Below, in pieces: positions 1 through 9,341 of a stretch of DNA of 64,000 bases (the stretch's first letter is position 1; each line of letters opens with the position of its first letter). The translations under genes and the position numbers were made by a program. The notes below the pieces were generated by a model, which was not told the DNA's origin, made no database searches, and saw only the letters and a list, made by a program, of their open reading frames with translations. Source of the stretch: an uncultured delta proteobacterium (GTDB lineage Bacteria; Desulfobacterota; Syntrophobacteria; Syntrophobacterales; Syntrophobacteraceae); assembly GCA_963808625.1 (NCBI GenBank), contig CAWEHK010000050.1, positions 64,001-128,000 on the forward strand. The letters are read 5' to 3'.

Positions 1-274
1 ACGATCAGCGGTATTTTGAGCATTTTGAGATAGTCTCTAAGTACTGAGTACTGAACAGCGCTCAGCAGTGAACCGCCATTACCCTGGGCGGCCGTTTCTG
101 CGAGAAGCTCTTCCGAAGGGGCCTTCTCATGTGTGTGCGGGTTTCCCAAAGGGAAAGAAGGAACGGTGGTGAAGAAATGGAAATTCCTATACAATCAGGC
201 TATGATTAAAACTGGCGACGCCGTGGCGTCCTCATGGCGAGAACATGAAGAACAACGGGAAGAAGGGATGCACA

Positions 275-385
275 ATGGGAGACAAGGGCAAGAAGGATAA
301 GGAAAAGGGTCAGAAACAGAACACCGAAAAGAAGCAGCAAAAGGATAAAAAGAAGTTGGATAAGCAGCCGAAAAGAACCCCTTGA
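275..385 (+). CDS. Small Lys/Gln-rich protein (36 aa, MGDKGKKDKEKGQKQNTEKKQQKDKKKLDKQPKRTP)
   Basis: Hand-translated. ATG at 275 follows purine-rich GAAGGGA, TGA at 383-385. Below the ORF-track size cutoff. It explains the Leu/Phe-rich shadow ORF 206..412(-). Confidence 0.55.
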   Translation: MGDKGKKDKEKGQKQNTEKKQQKDKKKLDKQPKRTP

Positions 386-499
386 GACCGAGCAAGGTGA
401 GGCGTCCGCCACACCGGTGCGGGCAGCCTCACCTTGTCCTTTGGTCGCGTATCCAGGCGAAATTCAGTGGCAAGGAATCCTTAGCAGGGAAGCCAAATC

Positions 500-1060
500 T
501 TATTCTTTCAGGTCGATGGTGAGGTTCTCCTGATCGCTTTCTTTCACCATGCTCTCGAAAAGCGCCTTTGCTTTTCTCATGTCCCGGGCCAATTCCGGGC
601 TCGCCAGCGACCCACATCGTTCAAGCAGGTTCGAAGCCTTCGCGTAGGTCTTCCGAGGCACACGCAACTGACCCTCGGGGGCATCGGTTGCTTTGAGCGA
701 CGGCAAGACCTCAATCACCACCGCAATTGCCTCCCAAAGGAGGTCCTGGTGAGTATTTGCCAGGCGTTTAAGCTCCGTCTTATGCGGGTCAAAAAGCTTG
801 CCAAAGCGTTTGATCGTCGTCTTTGGAATCGAAATATCACCCACAAGACCACTCAAGAAATCCTGACCAGATGGCCCCAAGGCGCCCGCTTCCTGCCTGG
901 TCTCCTGGGAAACCCGAGGACCGCCGGACGCCAATTTTTCCGCTGCGCAGAGGGTCTGCGCACCCACCAGGACCAATCCCATGAGGAGGGCGAAAAAGCT
1001 CTTCCATACATGTCTTGTCCGGATTATTCCAAATCTCATTATTCCCAACCTCGTTTTCAT
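500..1060 (-). CDS. Hypothetical exported protein
   Basis: ORF 500..1099 with a signal-peptide-like stretch (FFALLMGLVLVGAQTLCA) and a helical body. Start codon uncertain (1060 or 1039). Confidence 0.65.
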   Translation of the reverse strand: MKTRLGIMRFGIIRTRHVWKSFFALLMGLVLVGAQTLCAAEKLASGGPRVSQETRQEAGALGPSGQDFLSGLVGDISIPKTTIKRFGKLFDPHKTELKRLANTHQDLLWEAIAVVIEVLPSLKATDAPEGQLRVPRKTYAKASNLLERCGSLASPELARDMRKAKALFESMVKESDQENLTIDLKE

Positions 1061-1088
1061 CTCCACTCCCGACCTCGCTCCACGCCCC

Positions 1089-1140
1089 GCACTCAGCACT
1101 CAACACCCAGCACTCAGCACTCAGCACCCCGCACAGCACC
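1089..1140. repeat. Heptamer tandem array (CAGCACT)n
   Basis: cactcagcactcaacacccagcactcagcactcagcac read directly. Confidence 0.85.
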
Positions 1141-1280
1141 TTTTTCTATCACGTTCTTCTTTCAATCCTGCTCGAACTTTGGTATTTTTCACTCTCCGAT
1201 TCAACCACATGAGCGCGGGAAAAGCATGAGAGAAAGGGCTTTTCTTGCCCGCTTGAGGAGAAAACGCATTGCCTGCTGGT

Positions 1281-2318
1281 ATGCCTCGTAAACGCTTCCT
1301 ACTCGCCGGAATCCTCGGTCTGTCTATTTTATTCTATACCATAAAGCAAGCCGATCTAAGAAAACTGCTCGAGAACTTTCAGGATATCCACCTGCTCTGG
1401 GCCCCGGTGGTACTCCTGACCAGCGCTCTCAGTTACGTTTGTATCGGCGCCGTCTTGCATCGTCTGCTGAAGAGCATGGGCCACACCCTTCCCTTTGCGT
1501 CTTCATTCCGGATCTCCCTGGTTTCATGCACCCTGAACTATGCCATGGCGATCGGCGGGCTCAGCGGGGTTGCCGCAAAGGTCTACCTGCTGGCCAAGGA
1601 AAAAATCCCCCCCAGCAATACGCTCTCGATCTCCATGGTCCATGGCTTTCTCACCAATACCGTGGCCGTAATCTTCATCTACCTGGGCTTTTTCTTTCTT
1701 TACAGCGAATACAAACTAAGCACCCGCGAGAAGGAAGTCGGGGTCGTTATCCTGCTGATCGCCTTCCTGCTTTCATGGCTCACCATTCAAACCATCATTC
1801 ATGAATCCTTTCGCAAGAAACTCTGGCAACTCTGCCTGCGGGCGGTGCTTTTTATCAGCCGCAAGATCGGTCATCCCCACTGGGTGCACCCAGAAAAGGC
1901 CGAGGCCTTCTTTGAGAATTTCAATGAAAGCTTGAATATTATCATGAGGAATTCCTCGATCCTCCTGAAGCCGGCCATGTATGCTCTGCTCGACTGGGCG
2001 CTGATGTTCTTCTGCCTGAAATGTTCCTTCCTCGCCGTCCGTTACCCGGTTGACAACTGGACCCTGCTGGTCGGTTTCTCCGTGGGGATCTTCATGACGC
2101 TCTTCTCGCTCACTCCGGCGTCCATCGGGGTGATGGAAGGCTCGATGGCCGCATCCTTCTACCTGATGGGCCTGGATTACGATCGTGCCCTTTTGGCCAC
2201 GCTGATCTACCGGTTCGCCTACTTCTTCCTGCCGATCCTGATAAGCCTCTTCTTTTACAAGCAATTTTTTGTGTCAACGCCGAGGGAGATGGAATTGAAA
2301 GAGGACGGAGCAGCATGA
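1281..2318 (+). CDS. Lysylphosphatidylglycerol synthase TM / flippase-like (UPF0104) membrane protein
   Basis: Multi-TM protein with C-terminal motif TPASIGVMEGSM...ATLIYR, typical of the family. Confidence 0.8.
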   Translation: MPRKRFLLAGILGLSILFYTIKQADLRKLLENFQDIHLLWAPVVLLTSALSYVCIGAVLHRLLKSMGHTLPFASSFRISLVSCTLNYAMAIGGLSGVAAKVYLLAKEKIPPSNTLSISMVHGFLTNTVAVIFIYLGFFFLYSEYKLSTREKEVGVVILLIAFLLSWLTIQTIIHESFRKKLWQLCLRAVLFISRKIGHPHWVHPEKAEAFFENFNESLNIIMRNSSILLKPAMYALLDWALMFFCLKCSFLAVRYPVDNWTLLVGFSVGIFMTLFSLTPASIGVMEGSMAASFYLMGLDYDRALLATLIYRFAYFFLPILISLFFYKQFFVSTPREMELKEDGAA

Positions 2319-2621
2319 ACGATACTTCAGACGCGGTCCTGGCTTGGTTGTTGAATTCACCGCGGGACTCACAATGCAGGCAAAGGCCGCAACCAGATAA
2401 AGATTCACCGCAGAGACGCATGTCCCTTCGGGACACCGAAGACACATGAAAAGCTGTACGGTGGCGACCAGACGACTCGGTTTCCAAAACCGAGTCGGTC
2501 TTTGAAGGTGGCCTGCCCACCATGACTTTTCGGAGCAGAGACGCAAGGTCGCAGAGAACACAATAACTTAGAGCGAAATCTTGACAGAATTTCAAGAAAT
2601 CGCAGGTTAGCAGTTCAAAAA

Positions 2622-3426
2622 ATGATGACTGAGCAGCCCCTGGTGTGGCTCCGGGACGAAATCCGAAGCACCCTTGCCGACTGGTGTGAGGAAAAGGAGA
2701 GCGAAAATTACTGGCGCGACCCCCTGGTGGCGGTCGCCGCGGCGAACGACCCGCAGTTCGGGGAGCTCCGCCGGGTCGTCGACCCCGACCACGCCATGCC
2801 CGGGGATATCCTGCCGGGAGCCCGGTCGGTGATCGTCTTTTTCCTTCCTTTTCAGCAATGGCTGGGCAGGGAGAACGACCGAGGCCGGGTCCTACGCGGC
2901 GCGCAGTTGGGCCGAAAGTTACATCGCTACAAACCGGCTCATCCAAACCATCAATGAGCAGCTTGGAAGAAGACTCGAAGAGGCCGGCTACCGGGCTGCG
3001 ATCACCCCGGCAACCCACAATTTCGATGAAAAGAAGCTCGTCAGCCTGTGGTCCCACAAACATCTGGCCTACATCGCAGGATTGGGAACGCTTGGGCGCA
3101 ACCACCTGCTGATCACGGCGGCCGGGTGTTGCGGACGTTTGGGGAGCCTTGCCACCACCATGCCCCTGCCTGCTACCCCGCGCCCTGCTGACGAATGGTG
3201 TTTGGAAAAGGCTGGAAGAGAGTGCTTTGCGTGCGTTGCGAAGTGTTCTTATGAAGCGCTTTTTGAAAACCGGTATGACCGCCGGAAATGCTACGAGCAG
3301 TGCCTGACTAATGACAGCTATTATGCCGATCTCCCGCTGGTTGACGTCTGCGGGAAATGCGCCTGCGAGGTGCCGTGCAGCTACGGCATTCCGACCTCTG
3401 CGACCGGAAGCTCAGAACCGTTATAA
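2622..3426 (+). CDS. Epoxyqueuosine reductase (QueG)-like 4Fe-4S protein, frameshifted near 2890
   Basis: ILPGARSVIVF, WSHKHLAYIAGLGTLG, CxxCxxxC and CGKC motifs; pieces in two frames. Confidence 0.75.
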
Positions 3427-3553
3427 AACCCTTGTGATTCGGATGTATTTGTGGATTGACGAGGCCACCTGGCGGGTTGGAAAACCCGCCCTCCTTTTGC
3501 TGTCATTCCGATGCACACTGGAGCCGTTCGAAGAAGCCTGGGTGCATGACTGG

Positions 3554-4434
3554 TTATAGCTCGGCAAAGGCCTCTCGAAGGTGGCGCAGCCAGACCTCAA
3601 CGACTTCCGGATATTCGGCCATGCCCGAAAGAACCGCTTCGCAGGTCAATCCCTTTTCCGTCAGGATGGATTTCCAGCTGTCCGGGCCGCTCCCGGCCAT
3701 GTCATTGCGGGCATGATCTCCGGCGACTGCCATAAAGGGGATGAAGTAAACTTTACGGGCTTTCTGTTCGGTGATTTTGGGCAGGAGATCGGCCAGCGAA
3801 GGGTAGCCGTCGACGGTGCCACGAAGACATTGGGGTCCACCCTTCGAAGAGATAATTCATGGCTGCATAGATGGCGTCTGAAGGATGTTTTTCACTGCCG
3901 TGCCCCATGAAGAGCACGATGTCCTCAGGCTTTCTGGCTCGAGGGGACCTTTTTCAGCAACGCCGTGGCCACTTGCTCCATGTCCTCATGGGAAGAGAGC
4001 AAAGGCCGCGCTACGACCACGCGCTCGAGGCCGCCCGCCATCTGCGAAAACAGTTGCGCGTTCCGATGGAGATCATGAAATTCGATTCCGGGAATCACGT
4101 GCAGGGAGAGCACCGCAACGTGGGTAAAGCCTTCATCCATCAACCTGGCGAGGGCCGTTTCCGGAGAATCAAGCTGGGTCCCCTGCCGGGCAAGCTTCGC
4201 TCGGACGATTTTAGAAGTGTAGGCCCAGCGGGCTTCGATTCCCGGGAAAGCCTTCTTCACCATGGCATCAACCTGGTCGTAGGCCTTTTGAGCCTCTGAA
4301 ACCGTCGTTCCGAAGGCAACGAGGAGGATGGCTTTTTTCGGAGGCTTCCTTCCCTCCTCTGCGGCAAAGACGGTCCGCCCGGCAAAAAGACTCAGAATTG
4401 CCAGCACCATTGACAGAACCCATAATCTTTGCAT
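3554..4434 (-). CDS. cbiK: Periplasmic sirohydrochlorin cobaltochelatase CbiK (signal peptide), frameshifted near 3925 and 3830
   Basis: KAILLVAFGTT, WAYTS, SLHVIPGIEF; downstream frames give MGHG and PFMAVAGDHARNDMAG; stop TAA at 3554. Confidence 0.88.
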
Positions 4435-4547
4435 GAATTCCTCCTTCTCACGATGTTTGCTCCGGTCCTCACGGCTTCAATGTCCACCACGAAACACAGC
4501 AACCGGAAACGAACGCCGGAATGAGCCGCATACCAGTTTTTTCGACT

Positions 4548-4700
4548 CCTGCCTTCCGACTTCCGACTCTGACTTCTGTCTTCCGACTCCTGTCTTCTGT
4601 CTTCCGACTTCTGTCTCCTGTCTTCTGTCTTCTGTCTCCTGTCTTCTGTCTTCTGTCTCCTGCCTTCTGTCTTCTGTCTCCTGCCTCCTCTCCTGCCTCC
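4548..4700. repeat. Heptamer tandem array (TCTTCTG/TCTCCTG/ACTTCCG)n in the cbiK leader
   Basis: About 20 units read directly. Confidence 0.9.
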
Positions 4701-4821
4701 TCCTCCTCAAGGGGGCACCCGGGATGGGGCCCTGGTTCCATCCCGGATGGTAAAAGGGTTAATGGAGGTGTTGAGGAGGGAACCATCCCGCCTTTGAAGG
4801 GGGATGGGTGCACCTGTTCCC

Positions 4822-4858
4822 AAAAAAAAATCCTCAGAGCGATAACGCCCTAAGGATT
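4822..4858 (-). terminator. Intrinsic terminator, the riboswitch attenuator
   Basis: Minus strand AATCCTTAGGGCG-TTAT-CGCTCTGAGGATT followed by a T-run, just downstream of the B12 box. Confidence 0.8.
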
Positions 4859-4920
4859 GCACCCGGATTTGCTTGGTCCTTCGAGGTCAACACGGCATTT
4901 CCACGTACCGTTCTTCCTCA

Positions 4921-5085
4921 CCATCAGGCAGGTCTTCTGGCTTCCGGATCATCCTACTCTCCGCGCCTTCCCATGACGTCTCCGACGTCTCAGTGGCTTC
5001 CGCAGATTTCGTCCCCGTTTACAGCGGCGGGACCACTCCCGAGTCTCACGGGATTCCCTCTTAAGCCTTGCGGCACCTGACAGTT
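4921..5085 (-). promoter_or_regulatory. Cobalamin (AdoCbl) riboswitch
   Basis: Minus strand AGGTGC...AAGAGGGAATCCCGTG...CCCGCCGCTGTAA...GCCACTG...GGGAAGG...AGCCAGAAGACCTGCC; lies upstream of cbiK. Confidence 0.95.
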
Positions 5086-5107
5086 ATCAAAATTATGTGA
5101 CGGATAC

Positions 5108-5137
5108 TCTCTATCAACGATGATACGTTGTTGTCAA
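5108..5137 (-). promoter_or_regulatory. Putative sigma70 promoter for the riboswitch-cbiK transcript
   Basis: TTGACA (5137-5132) about 45 nt upstream of the riboswitch; weak -10. Confidence 0.45.
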
Positions 5138-5218
5138 TGGGTTTTTTCGGGAACCTCTGCCCATTTGCGAACCATGGCTACTCGCCCGCAAAATCCAGGG
5201 CGTGGAAGCGCCCACTTG

Positions 5219-5986
5219 CTATCCGACACCTCCGGCATCCCCGCCGCATCGTGGACATCCCTGCAACCGCAGAGGCTTTTCGAGGTGGCCGGAGTCGAGA
5301 AGTGCCTCATCCTGCAGAATGTCCCACGTGGGGCCATCAGCCAGCACCTGCCCTTCCTTGAGAACGATGGTGCGGGTGCACAGATCGAGGACCATATCCA
5401 GGTCGTGAGTCGCGATAATGATCGTGTGGGTGAAGGTCTTGAGCAGGTGGATGAGTTGGCGACGGGCCTTCGGATCAAGGCTGGAGGTCGGCTCATCCAT
5501 AACCAGAATGCTCGGGGACATGGAGAGAACCGAAGCGATGGCGACGGAGCGCTTCTCCCCTCCCGAAAGCCGGTATGGGGGGCGGTCTTTCAAATGGGTC
5601 GCACCGACGATGGAAAGGGCGTCCTTGACCCGCTCCTCCACATCTTCCGGGGGAAGGCCCAGGTTCAGAGGACCAAACGCCACGTCGTCATGGACCACCG
5701 GCATGAAGAGTTGATCGTCGGGGTCCTGGAAGACCATCCCGACGGTCCGCCGCACATGCGGTAACGTCTTCCTGGTCAGAGGAAAATCGCCAATGCGCAC
5801 CATCCCTGCCTGGGGGATGAGGCACCCGTTAAGATGGAGCAGGAGTGTGGATTTTCCCGCGCCGTTCGCCCCAACCATGGCGACGGTTTCCCCATGAGTG
5901 AGAAGAAAGGAAACGCCGCGCAGGGCTGGGGTGCCATCGGGGTAGGTGTACTGAAGATCTTTGACTTCGATGATGTGATGACTCAT
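5219..5986 (-). CDS. cbiO: ECF transporter ATPase (CbiO/NikO)
   Basis: GANGAGKST, FQDPDDQLF, LSGGEKR, DEP; ATGA overlap with cbiQ. Confidence 0.92.
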   Translation of the reverse strand: MSHHIIEVKDLQYTYPDGTPALRGVSFLLTHGETVAMVGANGAGKSTLLLHLNGCLIPQAGMVRIGDFPLTRKTLPHVRRTVGMVFQDPDDQLFMPVVHDDVAFGPLNLGLPPEDVEERVKDALSIVGATHLKDRPPYRLSGGEKRSVAIASVLSMSPSILVMDEPTSSLDPKARRQLIHLLKTFTHTIIIATHDLDMVLDLCTRTIVLKEGQVLADGPTWDILQDEALLDSGHLEKPLRLQGCPRCGGDAGGVG

Positions 5987-6795
5987 CTCAAGAACCCCGT
6001 AACCATGCTGCCCATCCACTGCGGAATCGGATAGATGCGCATAAGAATAAAAAGGCCGCACCACCCGAGCAGAAAACCAAGGTCAGCCCTCGAGATCTTC
6101 AGCGGCCGGACGATCCGGATTTCACCGTCGAAACCGCGACAGCGCATCGCCTGGTGAATGCGTTTCGCCCGATCCAGGGTACGCAACAGCAACTGCCCGA
6201 TCATGCTGCTATACACCCTGAATCCCAGCCCACGGCTCTCAAAAGTGCGCAAAGACCGCGCTCGCGCCAACCGGGAAGCTTCCTCGGTTAACACAAAAAG
6301 ATAGCGGTAGAGAAACAGCAATTGGACGGCAAGACTCTTGGGGGCGCCCATTTTTTCCAGGGCCATGCACACCGGATTAAAACCGGTGCTGGCGATCAGA
6401 ATGAGCGCGGCGCTCACCGTCAGGAAGAAACGAACCATGATCGAGCCAAAAGAAACCCAGCCACCGGAAAGTTCCAGCGGCCCAAGCTGGACGAGAGCGG
6501 CACGGTCCAGGAACGGATTGAAGATCCCGACAAAGAAAGCGAAAGGGGCGGCCACCAGCACCTTGTGTAAGAGATAGCCGGCCGGGAGGTTTCCGAGAGC
6601 AATGAGGATGATGGGATAGATGACGAAGGGAATGAGCGCCGCTACTTCGTACTTGCCAAAAGAGAGGACGGTCGCAATGTAGAAGAGGGTGGTGAGGAGT
6701 TTGACACGAGGGTCCAGTTGATGGATGAAGGTCGTCTGATACGAGAGGGTATCAAGGTAGCTGATGTCGAAAAAAGATGATCCGATATTTGCCAT
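5983..6795 (-). CDS. cbiQ: ECF transporter T component (CbiQ/NikQ)
   Basis: IHQLDPRVK, YRYLFVL, ARSLR...AMRCRG motifs. Confidence 0.92.
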   Translation of the reverse strand: MANIGSSFFDISYLDTLSYQTTFIHQLDPRVKLLTTLFYIATVLSFGKYEVAALIPFVIYPIILIALGNLPAGYLLHKVLVAAPFAFFVGIFNPFLDRAALVQLGPLELSGGWVSFGSIMVRFFLTVSAALILIASTGFNPVCMALEKMGAPKSLAVQLLFLYRYLFVLTEEASRLARARSLRTFESRGLGFRVYSSMIGQLLLRTLDRAKRIHQAMRCRGFDGEIRIVRPLKISRADLGFLLGWCGLFILMRIYPIPQWMGSMVTGFLR

Positions 6796-6861
6796 GTCAT
6801 AAGTTGGCGGCCTCGACAGCCATGGATGAGCGCATCCAAGGATCCCCGGTCCATGACCTGA

Positions 6862-7953
6862 TCATCTGCGATCGGCTTGTAGTACTATCGTCTCTGCCTG
6901 ATATTTTCTCAAGCCGAGGCCGATAAGGCCGGCAACAACCAGTGTCATGAGGCCTCCGACAAGCCCCGAGACGGAAGTTCCGGTGCTGACGGCAGGCCAG
7001 GATTCTTCCCTGGCTGCTTTCCCGTGGGCTTGGTCTTCCCCCTCCCTGGTTGCCTCTTCTGCTACCGGCTTCTTGAAGTCGTAATCCGGCAAGAAGGCGA
7101 TCTTTTCCTGCAGCGCAGCCAGCAGCGCATGCAGTCCTTTCTGTCGGCCCTTCAAGTTCTTCCTTACCGGAAACCCCGAAGATCGACCACTCCAGTCCGT
7201 CCGGATTGGCCGAAGCGAACCACGAGAGCACCCCCGCCGTAAGGACTGAAATAACGAGGAATCCTGCAAGAACATTCCTGATGGCAAGCCGCCGTGCCGG
7301 TTCGGGCACGCCTTGCCGTTGCCAGGATCTCGGGGCGCGCCTTCCAGACGAAAGTCACCACGGCGGCGGTGACCAGCCCTTCAACCACGCCAATGGCCAG
7401 GTGGATCGGCTGCATCAGGAGCAGGAAACCGCCCAGAGGCAGCTCCGAGATGCCGGAGAAGAAGGTTTCGAGGACGACTCCCAGGGCCCCCATCTGCAGC
7501 CCTGCGATGGCTGCCGCAAGCGATCCCACCGCGATGCTGCGCCGCGGTTGGCCGCTCGCCGACAATTTTCCGGTAAAGGAAAGGATAGGCGATGAAACAG
7601 GGGAAGAACCCGAGATTGAAAATATTGCATCCCAAAGCCAGGAGCCCCCCGTCGGCAAAAAACAGGGCCTGGACGGTGAGGATGGATGCCATGGTGAGAA
7701 AGGCCGCATGCGGGCCGAGCAGGATCGCCAGGATCATCCCGCCCCCTAAATGTCCGCTCGAACCCGTGCCCGGAATCGAGAAGTTGATCATCTGGGCGGC
7801 AAAGATGAACGCCCCCAGAACGCCCATGAGCGGTGCCCTGCTGTCGTCGATGTTTTCTTTGAGTTTCTTGGCGCTGTATGCAGTGAGACCGGCAGTAACC
7901 GCCCACATCGTCCCACCGACAGCCGGGGAAATAAGCGCATCCGCCATGTGCAT
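6862..7953 (-). CDS. cbiM: Co/Ni ECF S component CbiM/NikM fused to a PDGLE domain, frameshifted twice
   Basis: N-terminal MHMADAL, FAAQMINF, SSGHLGG; C-terminal FASANPDGLEWS. Confidence 0.88.
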
Positions 7954-8285
7954 GACCGATCCTCCTCAAAAGAAAAGGCAAAAAAAGCTAAGCTTGCCCC
8001 TTCATGGGAACAGCCTCCGGCCTTCATGGCCCGATTGCGCGTGGGGAAAAATCTTGCAGCCAATCGTCAAGAGCTTCTTGCTCTTTTCCGGTGACATTAC
8101 TCAAATCCGTTACCCGAGTCAAGCTCGGAAACAGCCGCGCACCAGAGATTGTCCACCGCGTCTCTTCCCGGAAAACCGCTTTTGTGATAATGTGCTTATC
8201 TGTTGCAGCCCGAACAAAGGCGAGATTGTGGCAACGCCGTGGGCGTGGCCCAAATAGTCCAAATCCATGTCTCTGAGGTGTATCC

Positions 8286-8522
8286 ATGTTCAGTGTGCCT
8301 GAGGTGGCCGTTATTCTGGTTGTTGTCCTTATCATCTTTGGACCGGGAAAGCTCCCGGACGTCGGATCGGCTCTCGGCAAAGGTCTGAAGAGCTTCAGGA
8401 AGGCCACGGAGGCCGAAGAGCATATTTCCGAAGAAGCCCCTGAATTGCAGAGAATGCCGAGCGTAAAGCCCGAACGGTTGGAAGCAAAGACAAGTTCCCC
8501 CGACCAATTGATTACCAAATAG
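8286..8522 (+). CDS. tatA: Twin-arginine translocase TatA
   Basis: [38 protein letters not shown]. Confidence 0.92.
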   Translation: MFSVPEVAVILVVVLIIFGPGKLPDVGSALGKGLKSFRKATEAEEHISEEAPELQRMPSVKPERLEAKTSSPDQLITK

Positions 8523-8624
8523 GTACCTTCTCAATAAAGGGGGGAATGCCTGCCTGCCCGCAGGGCGGGGCAGGCGGCTTCCGGGGCTGGAGAAAGATCA
8601 GGGGCAACCGGAAGATGGAGGGCG

Positions 8625-8885
8625 TCAGAACCCTGCAAGCTCGATCAAGTTTTTGATGCTCGATTCGTCGAGGGGGTGATCGCCGTTGGTCGTTTTTCGC
8701 TCGCGCATCTTCGCTTTTGCCGCCTCATCCCACTGGGGAATGACCACTGGTCGGCGCGGGTTTTCAAACCAGGCGAATTCGACCAGCTTCCGCGTCTGTC
8801 TGGCCGTGTAACAGTCTTCAGCCCTCGGCGTTACGGTTTTGCACATTTTCCCTTTGAGTGCCTCGTCCCAATAGCAGCAATCCAT
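8625..8885 (-). CDS. Small hypothetical Cys-containing protein (86 aa)
   Basis: GAGGA RBS before ATG at 8885; MDCCYWDEALKGKMCK...IKNLIELAGF. Confidence 0.6.
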   Translation of the reverse strand: MDCCYWDEALKGKMCKTVTPRAEDCYTARQTRKLVEFAWFENPRRPVVIPQWDEAAKAKMRERKTTNGDHPLDESSIKNLIELAGF

Positions 8886-9341
8886 GAATTCCTCGCCCAG
8901 AGTGTCGTCAGCCATCCATGGAATGCGCATGGGGTTCCTCTGACCTGATCGTTCTGTTAAGGTCTTCGTAAGACATGGTCGCGTCTCCTTTCCTAAGACT
9001 GTGGTACCCTTCAAACAACCCCACCTGACTTTTGATTCTCATGTAGCACGGCGACGTTGCAGAAAGGTTAAACCTGCCCGGAAGCACCGGCGCAACTCTT
9101 CCTTGACCAGGGATGACAGCTTTGCTAGAAGGTAGGCCGCGCGAGCTCAGCCGGCAGGGGTTGAATTCTGTCATCGTCAGCGATCTTGAAAGCGAGGACA
9201 TACGGAGGTGGACGCGATCCACAGCCCAGGGAATGAAAAGACTATTTGGAAAGGCCGTGGATGCCCGCAGCTATCCACGGCCTTCCTGTTTGCCGCCACC
9301 GGCAGCATGCCGGCCGATGGGATTCGGGCCTGGAGAACAAG

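Noticed and set aside
206..412. 68-aa Leu/Phe-rich 'membrane protein' on the minus strand
   Set aside because: It is the antisense shadow of the Lys-rich plus-strand ORF 275-385.
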